64,000 bases of DNA from an uncultured Planctomycetota bacterium. Lineage in GTDB: Bacteria > Planctomycetota > Planctomycetia > Isosphaerales > Isosphaeraceae. The notes below the pieces were generated by a model. The model had not been told where the DNA came from. It saw only the letters and a program-made list of their open reading frames with translations, and did no database searches. The stretch spans positions 96,001 to 160,000 of the forward strand of contig CAWJTV010000029.1 in assembly GCA_963845755.1 (NCBI GenBank). Direction: 5' to 3'. A program made the position numbers and the translations under genes. The first letter of the stretch is position 1. The number at the start of each line of letters is the position of its first letter. Below are positions 11,116 through 21,169 of this stretch, piece after piece.

Positions 11116-12131
11116 ACGTCGATCGCTTTCATGTCACCACGGGGCGGTATCCGGGCCTGCGCATCGCGGTCGTGGGCGACTTCTTCCTCGACCGATACCT
11201 GGACATCGACCCGACCAAGGACGAAACGTCGATCGAGACGGGCCTGACGGTTCACAACGTGGTGGCGGTCCGCAGCCAGCCGGGCGCCGCCGGGACGATC
11301 CTGAACAACCTGGTTACCCTGGGGGTCGGCGAGGTGCACGCCGTCGGCTTCTGCGGCGACGACGGCGAAGGCTACGAGGTGCGCCGGGCGCTCGCCACCC
11401 GGCCTGGCGTGATCGTGTCGGATTTCCTCACCACGTCGTCGCGCCGGACGCCGGTCTACTGCAAACCCATGGTGATCGAGCCGAACCGGCCGCCGAGGGA
11501 ATTGAACCGGTTCGACTCCAAGAACTGGACCCCAACGCCCGACGACCTCCAGCACGACCTCGCAGACCGGGTTCTCGCCCTCTCCCACAAGGTCAACGCC
11601 CTCGTGTTGCTGGACCAGGTCGATCGGCCCGGGACCGGGGTCGTGACCCATCGGGTAAAGCAAGCAGTCCGTGCGGCCCTGGAAAAGAACCGCGCGCTCC
11701 TCGTCCTGGCCGATAGCCGGCAGGGCTTGCACGACTTCCCGCCGATGGGCTTCAAGATGAACGCCGCCGAGCTCGCCCGGATGACCGATTCGGCACCATC
11801 GGGACTCGACGCCGTCAACCATCAAGCCTCCGAGCTGACCCGACGGACCGGTCAGCCGGTCTTCGTCACGATGGCCGAACACGGCATCGTGGGCGCCTCG
11901 TCGGGCCAGGGTCCCGAGCATGTCCCCGCGTTCCCCATTCGCGGCCCGATCGATATCGTCGGCGCCGGCGACGCCGTCGCCGCCAACCTCGCAGCCGCCC
12001 TGGCTTCCGGAGCGGGGCTCCGCGAAGCCATGGAGCTGGCCATGGCCGCCGCGTCCGTCGTCATCCATCAACTCGGGACCACGGGGACGGCCTCGGTCGC
12101 CCAGATCGCCGAGTTGCTCGATATGGTATAG
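11112..12131 (+). CDS. PfkB family carbohydrate kinase (RfaE/HldE kinase-domain-like)
   Basis: IAVVGDFFLDRY, PGAAG, DIVGAGDA anion-hole motif, VIHQLGT. Confidence 0.88.
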   Translation: MNVDRFHVTTGRYPGLRIAVVGDFFLDRYLDIDPTKDETSIETGLTVHNVVAVRSQPGAAGTILNNLVTLGVGEVHAVGFCGDDGEGYEVRRALATRPGVIVSDFLTTSSRRTPVYCKPMVIEPNRPPRELNRFDSKNWTPTPDDLQHDLADRVLALSHKVNALVLLDQVDRPGTGVVTHRVKQAVRAALEKNRALLVLADSRQGLHDFPPMGFKMNAAELARMTDSAPSGLDAVNHQASELTRRTGQPVFVTMAEHGIVGASSGQGPEHVPAFPIRGPIDIVGAGDAVAANLAAALASGAGLREAMELAMAAASVVIHQLGTTGTASVAQIAELLDMV

Positions 12132-12218
12132 AATCAGGCATCAGCGCCTCATGTGCCTCGTTTCAACGATGCCGGAGATCGACGCGAACGAACCTGTGAT
12201 TGGATGAGGAGCACAGCC

Positions 12219-12524
12219 ATGAACGCGATCAGGGCGACGATCCGGTCGAGAAAACTGGAACTGCAGGCACCAGCCGACTGGCCGCACGGGACGGAGGTGC
12301 TGATCGAGCCGCTGAAAGACCTGTCGGAAAAAATCGGCATCGATGAATCCGAATGGCGGGATGATGTTGCCAGCCTCGCCGACTGGGAGGCGTGGATCAA
12401 GACAATTGAGCCGCTGGAGTTCACACCCGAAGAAGCTCGGAGGATGGCCGAGTTCGACGAGCGGATGCGCGCGTACAATCTCGAAGCGGTGAATCGCCAG
12501 ATACGGGAAGGGACTGGCGGATGA
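12219..12524 (+). CDS. Putative antitoxin (small acidic protein)
   Basis: GAGGAG RBS; MNAIRATIRSRKLELQAPADWPHGTEVLIEP; stop overlaps the start of a PIN fragment (ATGA at 12521). Confidence 0.6.
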   Translation: MNAIRATIRSRKLELQAPADWPHGTEVLIEPLKDLSEKIGIDESEWRDDVASLADWEAWIKTIEPLEFTPEEARRMAEFDERMRAYNLEAVNRQIREGTGG

Positions 12525-12679
12525 CGCGGTACCTGCTTGACACCGGCATCGCCCAGGACTTCATCAACCACCGCAACGGGGTCCGAGACCGAGCCGATCT
12601 GGTGCGGCACCATTGGGCCTGCCGCCGGAATTGGTGCTCACAGAGCACCCTACAAACCCACGCGCAACCCAAAACGTGA
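12521..12679 (+). pseudogene. Truncated PIN/VapC toxin
   Basis: MTRYLLDTGIAQDFIN matches the PIN N-terminus (YLLDT), but the ORF ends after 52 codons. Confidence 0.7.
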
Positions 12680-12772
12680 GCCGCGTGTTGTCGATGTTGG
12701 GCGAGGGTCTCGTCACCCCAGCCGTTGCTGGACGGAAGGTCTCCCGATTTTGGTCCGCCCCGCATGGGCTCC

Positions 12773-12892
12773 TTTTTTCGACACTCCTCGCCGAACACCA
12801 CCACGGGAAGAAGGCGGCCCACTCTCGTTCCCACGCGGGGCGTGGGAACGAGGAGGCAACCGGCGGTGGTGTTGAGCGAGGAGTGTCAAAAA
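12773..12892. mobile_element. MITE/REP-like element with terminal inverted repeats and a central REP hairpin
   Basis: GACACTCCTCGCCGAACACCACC (12780-12802) vs GGTGGTGTTGAGCGAGGAGTGTC (12865-12887); central perfect 13-bp stem CTCGTTCCCACGC-GGG-GCGTGGGAACGAG (12824-12852). Confidence 0.75.
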
Positions 12893-12922
12893 TCTCACGC
12901 GCCAGACTTCACCCTTCTTCAT
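12890..12922 (-). pseudogene. PemK/MazF-like toxin N-terminal remnant
   Basis: MKKGEVWRVRF resembles the MazF start (MxRGEVWxV), overlaps the antitoxin 3' end, and runs straight into the repeat element. Confidence 0.55.
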
Positions 12923-13127
12923 CCGTGAATTCCTTTTCCGCGATTCGTTCCACGAGGACCAGAGCCTCCGCACTACCTAACGACCAGGCATCGAACTCCG
13001 CTTGGAGCTCCGGCGGAACAACGAACGTCTCCTCCGGCAGAGCGATGTCCACCTCCAAACCCTCGGGGAGTCGGGTTTGAGGGATAATCTTGCCTTCTTT
13101 GACGATGCCGCGGATCAAGGTTGCCAC
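12909..13127 (-). CDS. Putative antitoxin (small protein)
   Basis: GGAGG RBS, GTG start, ATLIRGIVKEGKIIPQTRLPEGLEVDI; overlaps the MazF-like start. Confidence 0.6.
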   Translation of the reverse strand: MATLIRGIVKEGKIIPQTRLPEGLEVDIALPEETFVVPPELQAEFDAWSLGSAEALVLVERIAEKEFTDEEG

Positions 13128-13316
13128 GTGCCAGCCTCCATGACTTGATTTCGCTCCAACGACAATACTACTTTGTCGGATAGGAGGCTGTCTATCCGAA
13201 GCCCGTGCTTCAACGACCACGGTGTCGCCCGAGGCTCTTTCACACCCTTGCCCACGTCAGTATCATCCAGATATGGACGGGGCACTCGATGAGCCGACTC
13301 CCACCTCTCGTCAGAC

Positions 13317-15612
13317 TTGAGTGAGCACGACAGACGGAGCCAGCCCCGGCCGCCACCAGGGAAAGGACAACGTCCGGATGCCGCTCAAGCACCTCTGTGT
13401 CTCTACGTTCCTGCGATGGCTCAGGCGCTCATCACCTTCGATCTCGGGCCCGAGCCGGCGACGGATGCGGCCCCTCCGGAAATCCTCGAACCGCGACTGG
13501 CTCTGGTCGGCGGCATCACGACTTACACCTGGACCGCCCTGGGCGACGGAATGAGCTGGAGTGACCCGAACAATTGGAGTCACCTCGGGTTCATCCCCGG
13601 GTTCGGCGTGACGGGCGTCCCGACCGCCGGATCCAACATCGTCTTCCCACCTTTCTACAATTTACCCGCGAATAGCCCGACGACGATCAACTTCAACTCC
13701 CCTTACGGCAGCTTCCCGATCGGCCTGTTCACCATCGAGGGTTCCTACACATTCGACGGCAATCCGATCACGATCAACAACGCGATCATCGTCGTGAATC
13801 CTCTGGGCGGCCTGACCGACTCGACGCTCCTGCTCAGCGGCTTGACCATGGGGCCGCAGTCCACGATCTACACGTACTCGGGGAGCACGCTCAACATCGC
13901 CGACGCCGACGATCCCACCGGCCTCAAGCTCATCCTGCCAAACGGGGTCACCAAGGGGGGAAGCGGTCAGCTCCTCATCGACACACAGAACGTCCTGGCC
14001 CCATACGTCGGATTCAGCCTCCAGCCGTTCGAGATTGCCGGCGGGTCGGTCACGATCGGCGCCACCTCGACCTACACCGGCTCGCGTTTCGTGGTCGATC
14101 CCGGCGGCGGCCTGGACGTGTCCGACGACGCGGCACTGAGCATCGGCGCACTCTCCGGATCGGGGACGGTCGATCTCGGCGGCACCAGTGCCGCTGGCGA
14201 TACGACGAGCCTGACGGTCTCGGAGCCCGCCGCGCAGGCCGACGTGTTCAGCGGCTTGATCGACGGCCTGGGTCAGTTCATCCTGAAGGGGAACGGCACG
14301 CTGACGACCGGGGCCATCGACTTCGGCGACGCGGGCGGCATCCAGGTGCTATTGGGCTCGCTAAACGCCGATGGGGCGGTGAGTGTCGGGACCCTCTCGG
14401 TCCAGAATGGCGCATCGTTCGGCGGTGTCGGAGCCTGGTACTTCGCCGGGCCGGTCGTCTTCCAGTCCAACACGAACTTCAACGTCACGCTCGACGGCCT
14501 CACAGCCGGCACCCAGTACACCCAGCTCGTCGACGCCGACACGACGACCGGGGTCAACCTCGGTGGCAGCGCGGTGAGCGGCTCCGTCAACTACGAGTAC
14601 CAGGCGGGCGACACCTTCACGATCGTCACCGGCCCGCTCCTCCAGGGGTTCTTCCGGAACGTCGTGAACGGCTCGGTGTTCCTGGGAAACAACGTACCGT
14701 TCGCCGTGGGCTATTCGAGCACCTCGGTGACGCTCACGGCGCTTCAATCCGTGTCGACGACCCGATTGATGAGCTCGGTTAATCCGAGCAATCCCGGCCT
14801 GCCGGTCACGTTCACCGCATCGGTGAGCACCCGGACGGAATCGGTCACCGCCGGGTCCGTCAGCTTCCAGCAGGGGAGCACGGTCCTGGCGACCGTCCCT
14901 CTGGACGGCACGGGGACGGCGTCGTACACCACGTCATCGCTGCCGCTGGGGGGCACGACGATCACCGCGGTGTACAATGGGGTCTCCGGCATCGTCGGCT
15001 CGAGCAGCCCGGCCTTGTCGGAGTCCGTGGTCCCGTACACCACCGCGACGTCCCTCGCCAGCTCGGCAAACCCCAGCCGCACGGGGCAACCCGTGACGTT
15101 CACCGCGACGGTCATCGCCGGCGGGATGCCGGTCACGTCCGGAGCCGTCAAGTTCACGCGGGGCAAGCAGCTCCTGGGGACCGCCGCGCTCGGACGCCAA
15201 CGGCACCGCTAGGCTCACCGTTTCCTCCTTGCCGAAGGGCAGCGTGAACATCCAGGCCCTCTTCGAAGGCACGATCGACGACTTCCCATCGACGAGCCCC
15301 GCAGTACCCCAGCGAATCGACAAGTTCACCACGGCGACGGGCCTCACCTTCGCGACCCAGCTCCAGCCCAACGGCCAGATGCGCGACATCCTGGAGGCCG
15401 ACGTCATCGCGATCGGAGGCGCCGGCATTTCACCCGTCGGACAGGTCGTCTTCCGACGGAATGGCAGGACCATTGGCCGGGCTCGCCTCAACAACGGCAG
15501 CGCCTTGCTGATCCTCGGCCGACGTATCCCGGCGCGAGGGAAATTCGTCGCGGCGCTTCAGGGCGGCTCCGAGTTCAACACCAGCCGCTCCGCGCCACTG
15601 AGAATCCCGTGA
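13317..15612 (+). CDS. Extracellular protein with beta-strand repeats and C-terminal bacterial Ig-like (group 3) domains; frameshift near 15195
   Basis: EILEPRLAL planctomycete extracellular signature, WSDPNNW, TKGGSGQL and LKGNGTLT repeats, SSVNPSNPGLPVTFTASV and SSANPSRTGQPVTFTATV Big_3 repeats. Start codon uncertain. Confidence 0.8.
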
Positions 15613-15859
15613 TGAAGGGTCTTCGCCCTTCGCAATAGACTCGCCTCCAGGCGAATCCCGCTCCTTCAAGATCCGATGTGACCAGGACTCCGACTCGGGC
15701 AGAGCCCGAAGTTCAGGCCGACCCCCTGTCCAATGCATCCCTTATCTGGTTAGGATGACAAACTCTTGCCGCCTTGATCGGGGCGGCGCGATCCGACGCC
15801 GGTAATCATGCGGGAGTTCCGCATCCGGCGCGGTCCTCTTTTCCCTCGAGGCCAACTTC

Positions 15860-16614
15860 ATGAGACGCATTTTCGTCGCGCTCTTCACAACAATCCTCCT
15901 GACGAGCCCAGTTCACTCGACCCGGGCGGATGACAAGGATCCGCAGGCCGTCATCGACAAGGCGATCAAGGCCCTGGGGGGCGAGGAGAAGCTCAAGAAG
16001 GCCGACATCTCGACCTGGAAGACCAAGGCGACGCTTACCTTGGGTGGCAATGAGAATGACATCACGATCCATTCAACCATCCAGGGCCTCGATCATTATC
16101 GCGCGGAGGTGGAGGGCAAGTTCGGTGAGAATGAGTTCAAGGGAACCGTCATCCTGAACGGAAACAAGGGCTGGCGAGTGTTCGGTGAGAAGATGGAGAT
16201 GGATGACGACTCCGTCTCGAACGAGAAGCGCCACGATCTACCTCCAGGTCATCCCCAACAGGATCCTCCCCTTGAAGCAGAAGGAGTTCAAGGTCGAGGT
16301 GGTCGGCGAGGAGAAGGTGGGAGACAAGCCGGCCGTCACCCTCAAAGTGACCCCTCAGGATGGCAAGGACTTCACGCTCACTTTCGATAAGGAGAGCGGC
16401 CTGCCCGTCAAGATGGTGGCCAAGGTGGTCGACTTTCAAGGTGACGAGTTCACCCAGGAGACCTCCTACAAGGACGTACAAGGAGTTCGACGGGATCAAG
16501 AAGGCCACCAAGACCGAGAGCAAGCGCGATGGCGAGGACTTCATCAAGTCCGAGATCAGCGAGTTCAAGGTCCTGGACAAGGCGGACCCCAAGACTTTTG
16601 CCGAGCCCGAGTGA
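15860..16614 (+). CDS. Secreted hypothetical protein (LolA-like fold suspected), paralog 1; frameshifts near 16230 and 16475
   Basis: Signal peptide, then DDKDPQAVIDKAIKALGGEEKLKK ... FDKESGLPVK ... YKEFDGIKKATK ... KTFAEPE*. Confidence 0.75.
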
Positions 16615-16853
16615 GGATCGGGCATCAGGCCGGGGCCTGGGGCATCGCAAGCCCGAGCGGGATTCCCCATTGGGACTTCACCGCGGCCTCGGCCCGCGAT
16701 CGGAGCGAGAAGAGCCCGACGCCCCCTGTCGCTCACGCCTCGCGCCGCGTAGGATGAGGAACTCATGCCGGCGCGACCGCGGCGGCGCGATCCCACGCCG
16801 GGACGTGACACAACCGCGTCCGGCGACTTCCTCTCACTCGTGAGGCCATCTCG

Positions 16854-17614
16854 ATGAAACGGTTCCTCGGTGCGACCCTCGCAACTTTTCTCTTGGCGAT
16901 CCTGGGCAGCCCCGTCCAGGCCGATGACAAGGATCCGCAGGCCGTCCTCGACAAGGCGATCAAGGCCCTCGGGGGCGAAGAGAAGCTCAAGAAGGCCGAG
17001 TCGATCACCTTGAAGACCAAGGGGACGATCACCTTCGGTGGTAATGACAGCGAATTCAAGTCGAACGTAACCCTCCAGGGGCTCGACCACCTCCGGTCGG
17101 AAATCGAAACGGAATTCAACGGCGAACCCCGTAAGTTCGTCAGAGTGCTGAGCGGCGACAAGGGCTGGATGAAGTTCGGGGAAGAACCGATGGAGAACTG
17201 GAAGAGGACGCCCTCGCCAACGAGAAGCGACGCGCCTATCTCGAGGTCATCCCGATGACGCTGGTCGCACTGAAGGGGAAGGCGTTCAAGGTTGAGACGG
17301 CCGATGAGGTGAAGGTCGACGACAAGCCGGCCGCCGGCATCAAGGTCACCGGACCGGACAAGAAGGATTTCACGCTGTACTTCGACAAGGAGAGCGGGCT
17401 ACCGGTCAAGCTGGTCGCCACGGTCGCCGGCTTCGGAAACGGCGAGGATTTCTCGCAGGAGACGACCTACAAAGATTACAAGGACTTCGACGGGATCAAG
17501 AAGGCCACCAAGGTCGAATCCAAGCGCAACGGCGAAGCCTTCATCAAGTCGGAGATCACCGAGTTCAAGCTCGTGGATAAGGTCGATCCCAAGACCTTCT
17601 CCGCGCCGGAGTGA
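16854..17614 (+). CDS. Secreted hypothetical protein, paralog 2; frameshift near 17200
   Basis: Same motifs as paralog 1: DDKDPQAVLDKAIKALGGEEKLKK, FDKESGLPVK, YKDFDGIKKATK, KTFSAPE*. Confidence 0.75.
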
Positions 17615-17697
17615 TCGGTCTGGAAGGATGAAACGTGAAGGCGGAAGGCGGAATCAATCCAGATCCGATTCCGCCTTCCGCGATCCGAAGAAGCTCG

Positions 17698-18147
17698 TTA
17701 CGCCTTGCGACCGCCAACCTTGATCTGCCGCGGCTTGGCCGATTCGGACTTGGGCAGCGTCAGAGTCAAGACGCCGTGTTCGAATTGCGCCTGGGCCTTG
17801 TCCGAGTCGACGGGCGTGCCCAGAGTGATCGATCGCTGGAACGAGCCGAACCGGCGCTTGCGCAGGTGCCATCGCTCACCCTTCTTTTCCTCCTCCGCCT
17901 TGCTCTCGCCCTGGATCGTCAGGGTGTCGCTATGAACGGTGATCTGGACGTCCTCGGGCTTCACGCCCGGCAGCGATCCTTTGACCACGAACTCGTTCTC
18001 ATTCTCCGAGATATCGAGTGGAAGCGTGGCGAAACCGCCCGATCCCCCTCCATTCGAAGGTCGGACAAAGCTGTCCTGGAACAAGGTGTTCATTGCATCA
18101 CGGAGGCTGACGGCCTCACGGAACGGGTCCCAACGTTCGATCGTCAT
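17698..18147 (-). CDS. Hsp20/alpha-crystallin small heat shock protein
   Basis: MTIERWDPFRE, PLDISENENEFVVKGSLPGV, RRFGSFQRSITL, AQFEHGVLTLTLPK; GAGGAG RBS. Confidence 0.93.
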   Translation of the reverse strand: MTIERWDPFREAVSLRDAMNTLFQDSFVRPSNGGGSGGFATLPLDISENENEFVVKGSLPGVKPEDVQITVHSDTLTIQGESKAEEEKKGERWHLRKRRFGSFQRSITLGTPVDSDKAQAQFEHGVLTLTLPKSESAKPRQIKVGGRKA

Positions 18148-18246
18148 GGAATAGGTCTCCTCATCGCCCGCAGTCGGAAGAGCCCGGCCCGATCGCCCCT
18201 GCGTCGCCTGCCGCTCCTCCTGGACTTCAGTCTCTTCAAGGAGATG

Positions 18247-18261
18247 GCAAGCCTTGTGCCA
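18247..18261 (-). promoter_or_regulatory. sigma54 (-24/-12) promoter of hsp20
   Basis: Minus strand TGGCAC-AAGGC-TTGC matches the TGGCAC-N5-TTGC consensus exactly, about 100 nt upstream of the ATG. Confidence 0.8.
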
Positions 18262-18324
18262 ACGCGTTGAGAGAAAACATAAGTAGTTACACAATAAGGC
18301 ATTGCAACAGAAGGAATCTGCGAC

Positions 18325-18415
18325 TGCCAATTCGGGTACTGCCAATTTGGCATAGAAAACCTGAGCGAGTCGCATAGATGCCGATTTGGCAGTCGAGATA
18401 AGTGCCGATGTGGCT
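18325..18415. promoter_or_regulatory. Putative upstream activator sites for a sigma54 enhancer-binding protein
   Basis: Four related 13-mers: TGCCAATTCGGGT (18325), perfect palindrome TGCCAATTTGGCA (18340), TGCCGATTTGGCA (18379), TGCCGATGTGGCT (18403). Confidence 0.65.
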
Positions 18416-18528
18416 TTGCACTTTTTTGGGCCCCTTCACTTTTTTCGGGGGGCTTGCATCTTAATTCAGTCACCCCGATCCCCATCAGAGGCGTACGTAG
18501 AGTATGACCTGCCGCCTATTATGGCGAA

Positions 18529-18742
18529 TTTTGCGCCGCATGGCGCAAAAAATAACCCCGCGATGCCCGTTAGGGTCAAAGCGGGGTGAGTAAACGCTAC
18601 GCACCACCCATGAAGAATAATGCGAGGCGAGCAGACAGCCAACGCAAACCTGATAGCTATAGCCATCAGGTCGCATCGGGCCTCACGATGTCCTGGGGGA
18701 TCAAGGTGAGGTGAGTACCCAATAGTATCGGCTGGTCGCCTC
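18529..18742 (-). ncRNA. Putative structured RNA in the 3' region of the NYN gene, with two covarying 37-nt repeats; the distal copy may double as intrinsic terminator
   Basis: Repeats at 18556-18592 and 18681-18717 show compensatory changes; long-range stems 18624-18630/18736-18742 and 18636-18642/18728-18734; hairpin 18648-18671; TTATTTTTT follows the distal repeat on the minus strand. Confidence 0.5.
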
Positions 18743-18754
18743 TCAATCAATAGC

Positions 18755-19372
18755 TCACCATCGCTTTTCTGTCCGGTCGCTAAATGGTTTTTCGAGCCAC
18801 ATACCATCCATGAATGATTCATCAATGACCAGGTGATCGTTGGCGGCTTCACGCATGAGTCGGATGGTGCGATGATCCGAAGGGTTCGCGACCACATACG
18901 CCAGCATGACATACGCATCGACCTCCCTGGCGAGTTGGATTGCTGGGAGATAGTCGTTGTCATTGGCGACCAAGACGAGCAGGTCTGCTCGCCTCAAACA
19001 AGCGGCAGAGACCAAAAGAGTTGCCGCGCGGACATCCGTCCCCTTCTCGACATGGGTATTGAGCGGACGGTGGCAATGGCGGCATGAATCATTATGAGTA
19101 CGATGTTGGCCCTTGGAAACGGTCACATTCTCCATCCGAGCGAGCCGATTGAACGTGCGTTGCTGACGCTGTCTCATCCCACTCCGGTGTGGGTCTTGCG
19201 ACTGGACGTAATCGGCGGTGCAGAAATAGGTATGGAGGAGCTGGGTTCCACGTGACAGCGCCGCGAAGAGCTTCGTGTAATCGACATCACGAGTGTCGAT
19301 CCCTTCGGAGAGTCGATGGTCCAAATTGGTCCCGTCGATAAAGAGGAGCGAAGTCGGTAGATCTATCGGCAC
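18755..19372 (-). CDS. NYN domain (LabA/DUF88, PIN-like) ribonuclease
   Basis: LFIDGTNL, EKGTDV, VLVANDNDYLPAI...AR, LMREAANDHLVID; acidic catalytic residues present; internal CxxC (SCRHCH). Confidence 0.88.
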   Translation of the reverse strand: MPIDLPTSLLFIDGTNLDHRLSEGIDTRDVDYTKLFAALSRGTQLLHTYFCTADYVQSQDPHRSGMRQRQQRTFNRLARMENVTVSKGQHRTHNDSCRHCHRPLNTHVEKGTDVRAATLLVSAACLRRADLLVLVANDNDYLPAIQLAREVDAYVMLAYVVANPSDHRTIRLMREAANDHLVIDESFMDGMWLEKPFSDRTEKRW

Positions 19373-19427
19373 GTATTAGCTCCGTTGGTCAAGGGGACGC
19401 TGTATCAGTCGCGGCCCTTTCGCTACG

Positions 19428-21169
19428 TCACTTGAGGTTGCGAGGCCATCGCTTGACCGCCAAGTCGGCCAGGCGCCTCTGGCGTTCCTCGATTAGTCCG
19501 ATCGTCCACTTGTCCGGGTCCCTTCTTCGTGCGCTCGATTACATCGGCGGTTAACAAGATGTTGCTGGACCTCGAGATGACGGGCCGCTTCTCCGAGAAT
19601 GGCTTATCGTTGATTCCGCCGTTGTCCTTGGCTTTTAGCAGCACCATGTTCCCCAGCCGATTGCAATAAAGCTTCCGCTGTTCGTCTGTGAAGTGCCCCC
19701 ATCCTCTTATGACCGCCGGATTCTTGGGGAGGATATGTTCCAAGCTGAGCATGGTGGTATCTGCAACAGGCCTTAACAGTTCATCTGGGCTGCCTCCATG
19801 CGCCTCCTCCTCCAGCCTTGCGCAGGAAGAATCTCGCCTGTCTGCTGGATGTCAAGGTCTTCCTGCAAAATGCCGCATAGAACTTGGGATCGCTCGGTAT
19901 AACCTTATCGACACTGTGCTGGCGAGTTGTTTCGCCGTTTTGATCTCGTCCATCCTGATAGCGTGCGCTGCATTGCCTGAGAGCTGATTCGGCCGCGCCG
20001 CTCCGGCTCCCACCCGCGATCAGGAAGCGGACGACCCATGAGACGAGCAGGCGGAATGCCTTCTGTGCCTCCGAAGGAGTGAAACGTGCGGCGATAGACA
20101 GCGTGAGTGGCCGAATGAAGCTCATCTTTAGCTCTTGGGAAATTTGATCAACGCAAATGCTAACCTGCTGTTGATATTGTCCCCACTTCGCATGTCGGCC
20201 GGATTCAGGATCGCGGCGTAGTCGCTCGCATAGTTCGCCAAGGCTTCCAGGAACTGAAGCGATGGCGCCCTGCCGACGATCTTGTCTTCCATGTAATCAA
20301 ATATATTGTCTAATTTAATCGGCCCGAAGAACACGATGCTGACGTGGTGCAGATATGCTAGCAAAGGGTCTCCGTCGAAGGGCCGAATGACCCCCTCAAT
20401 CGAACTCCGCATGGTTGACCATTTTGCTTGAGCCTCATCGACGCGATTCGTCGGCATGTTCAAATAGATGATTCTTAATCATATCTGCCTGAGTAGTCCT
20501 CTGCACTCGGTCGTTCTGCGTCTTGAACATCTGATATGCACGAGACGCATTCTTGGCGGTGAGCCTCGCCACCACGGCCTTGTTATCGATGAAGTCAACC
20601 CAGGCGTTTAACGCATCCACTTTGCCGGAGTCGCTGTCGGCGTTGGCCATGATCGTGCGGACCCTGTCGGCGGCGATCTCTGTCGCCCCATCGATGAGAC
20701 GATGCGAATAGAACCGCTTCGTCGGTTCGTCCTTCCTGTCCCCCTCGCGGACCAGTACGCGAGCCATCATGTACTCGCGGTCATCGGTGTTGAGGGTAAG
20801 CCTTGGGACGTTCTCTCGAATTCTCCGGTCGCGCTTGAATAGAAAATCGTCTTCGATCGACTTGGCTTCTTCGACTTGGCCGAGACGAAGAAATGCGTCT
20901 CGTACGGCCGCGAGAAAGATGCTGGTCGTCGCGAGTCGTTGCTGACCGTCAACGACGCTTGGCGGGGACCCCTGCGTCAACACGATGGTCCCGAGAAAAT
21001 AAGGGACGCTCTTCGAGACAGCCTGATTCAGATCGTCAAACAACTTCTTTACACGTACATCTTTCCATGAATATTCGCGCTGGTGATTCGGAACGCGCAG
21101 AGGCCCATTCCGGAGGGCGCCTCCTAGGGTCTCCCGAACCACATCGATGAATTGTTCGGCCTCAGTCAT
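19428..21169 (-). CDS. DUF262 + DUF1524 (HNH) GmrSD-like type IV restriction/defence protein; several frameshifts
   Basis: VPNHQREYSW, VVDGQQRL, FKTQNDR (DUF262); LEHILPK, NRLGNMVLL...N (DUF1524); pieces in ORFs 20435..21169, 20128..20463, 19781..20125, 19423..19752. Confidence 0.85.

Noticed and set aside
18556..18717. The two 37-nt repeats as a mini-CRISPR
   Set aside because: Only two diverged copies with an 88-nt structured interval and no cas genes; covariation fits a structured RNA better.
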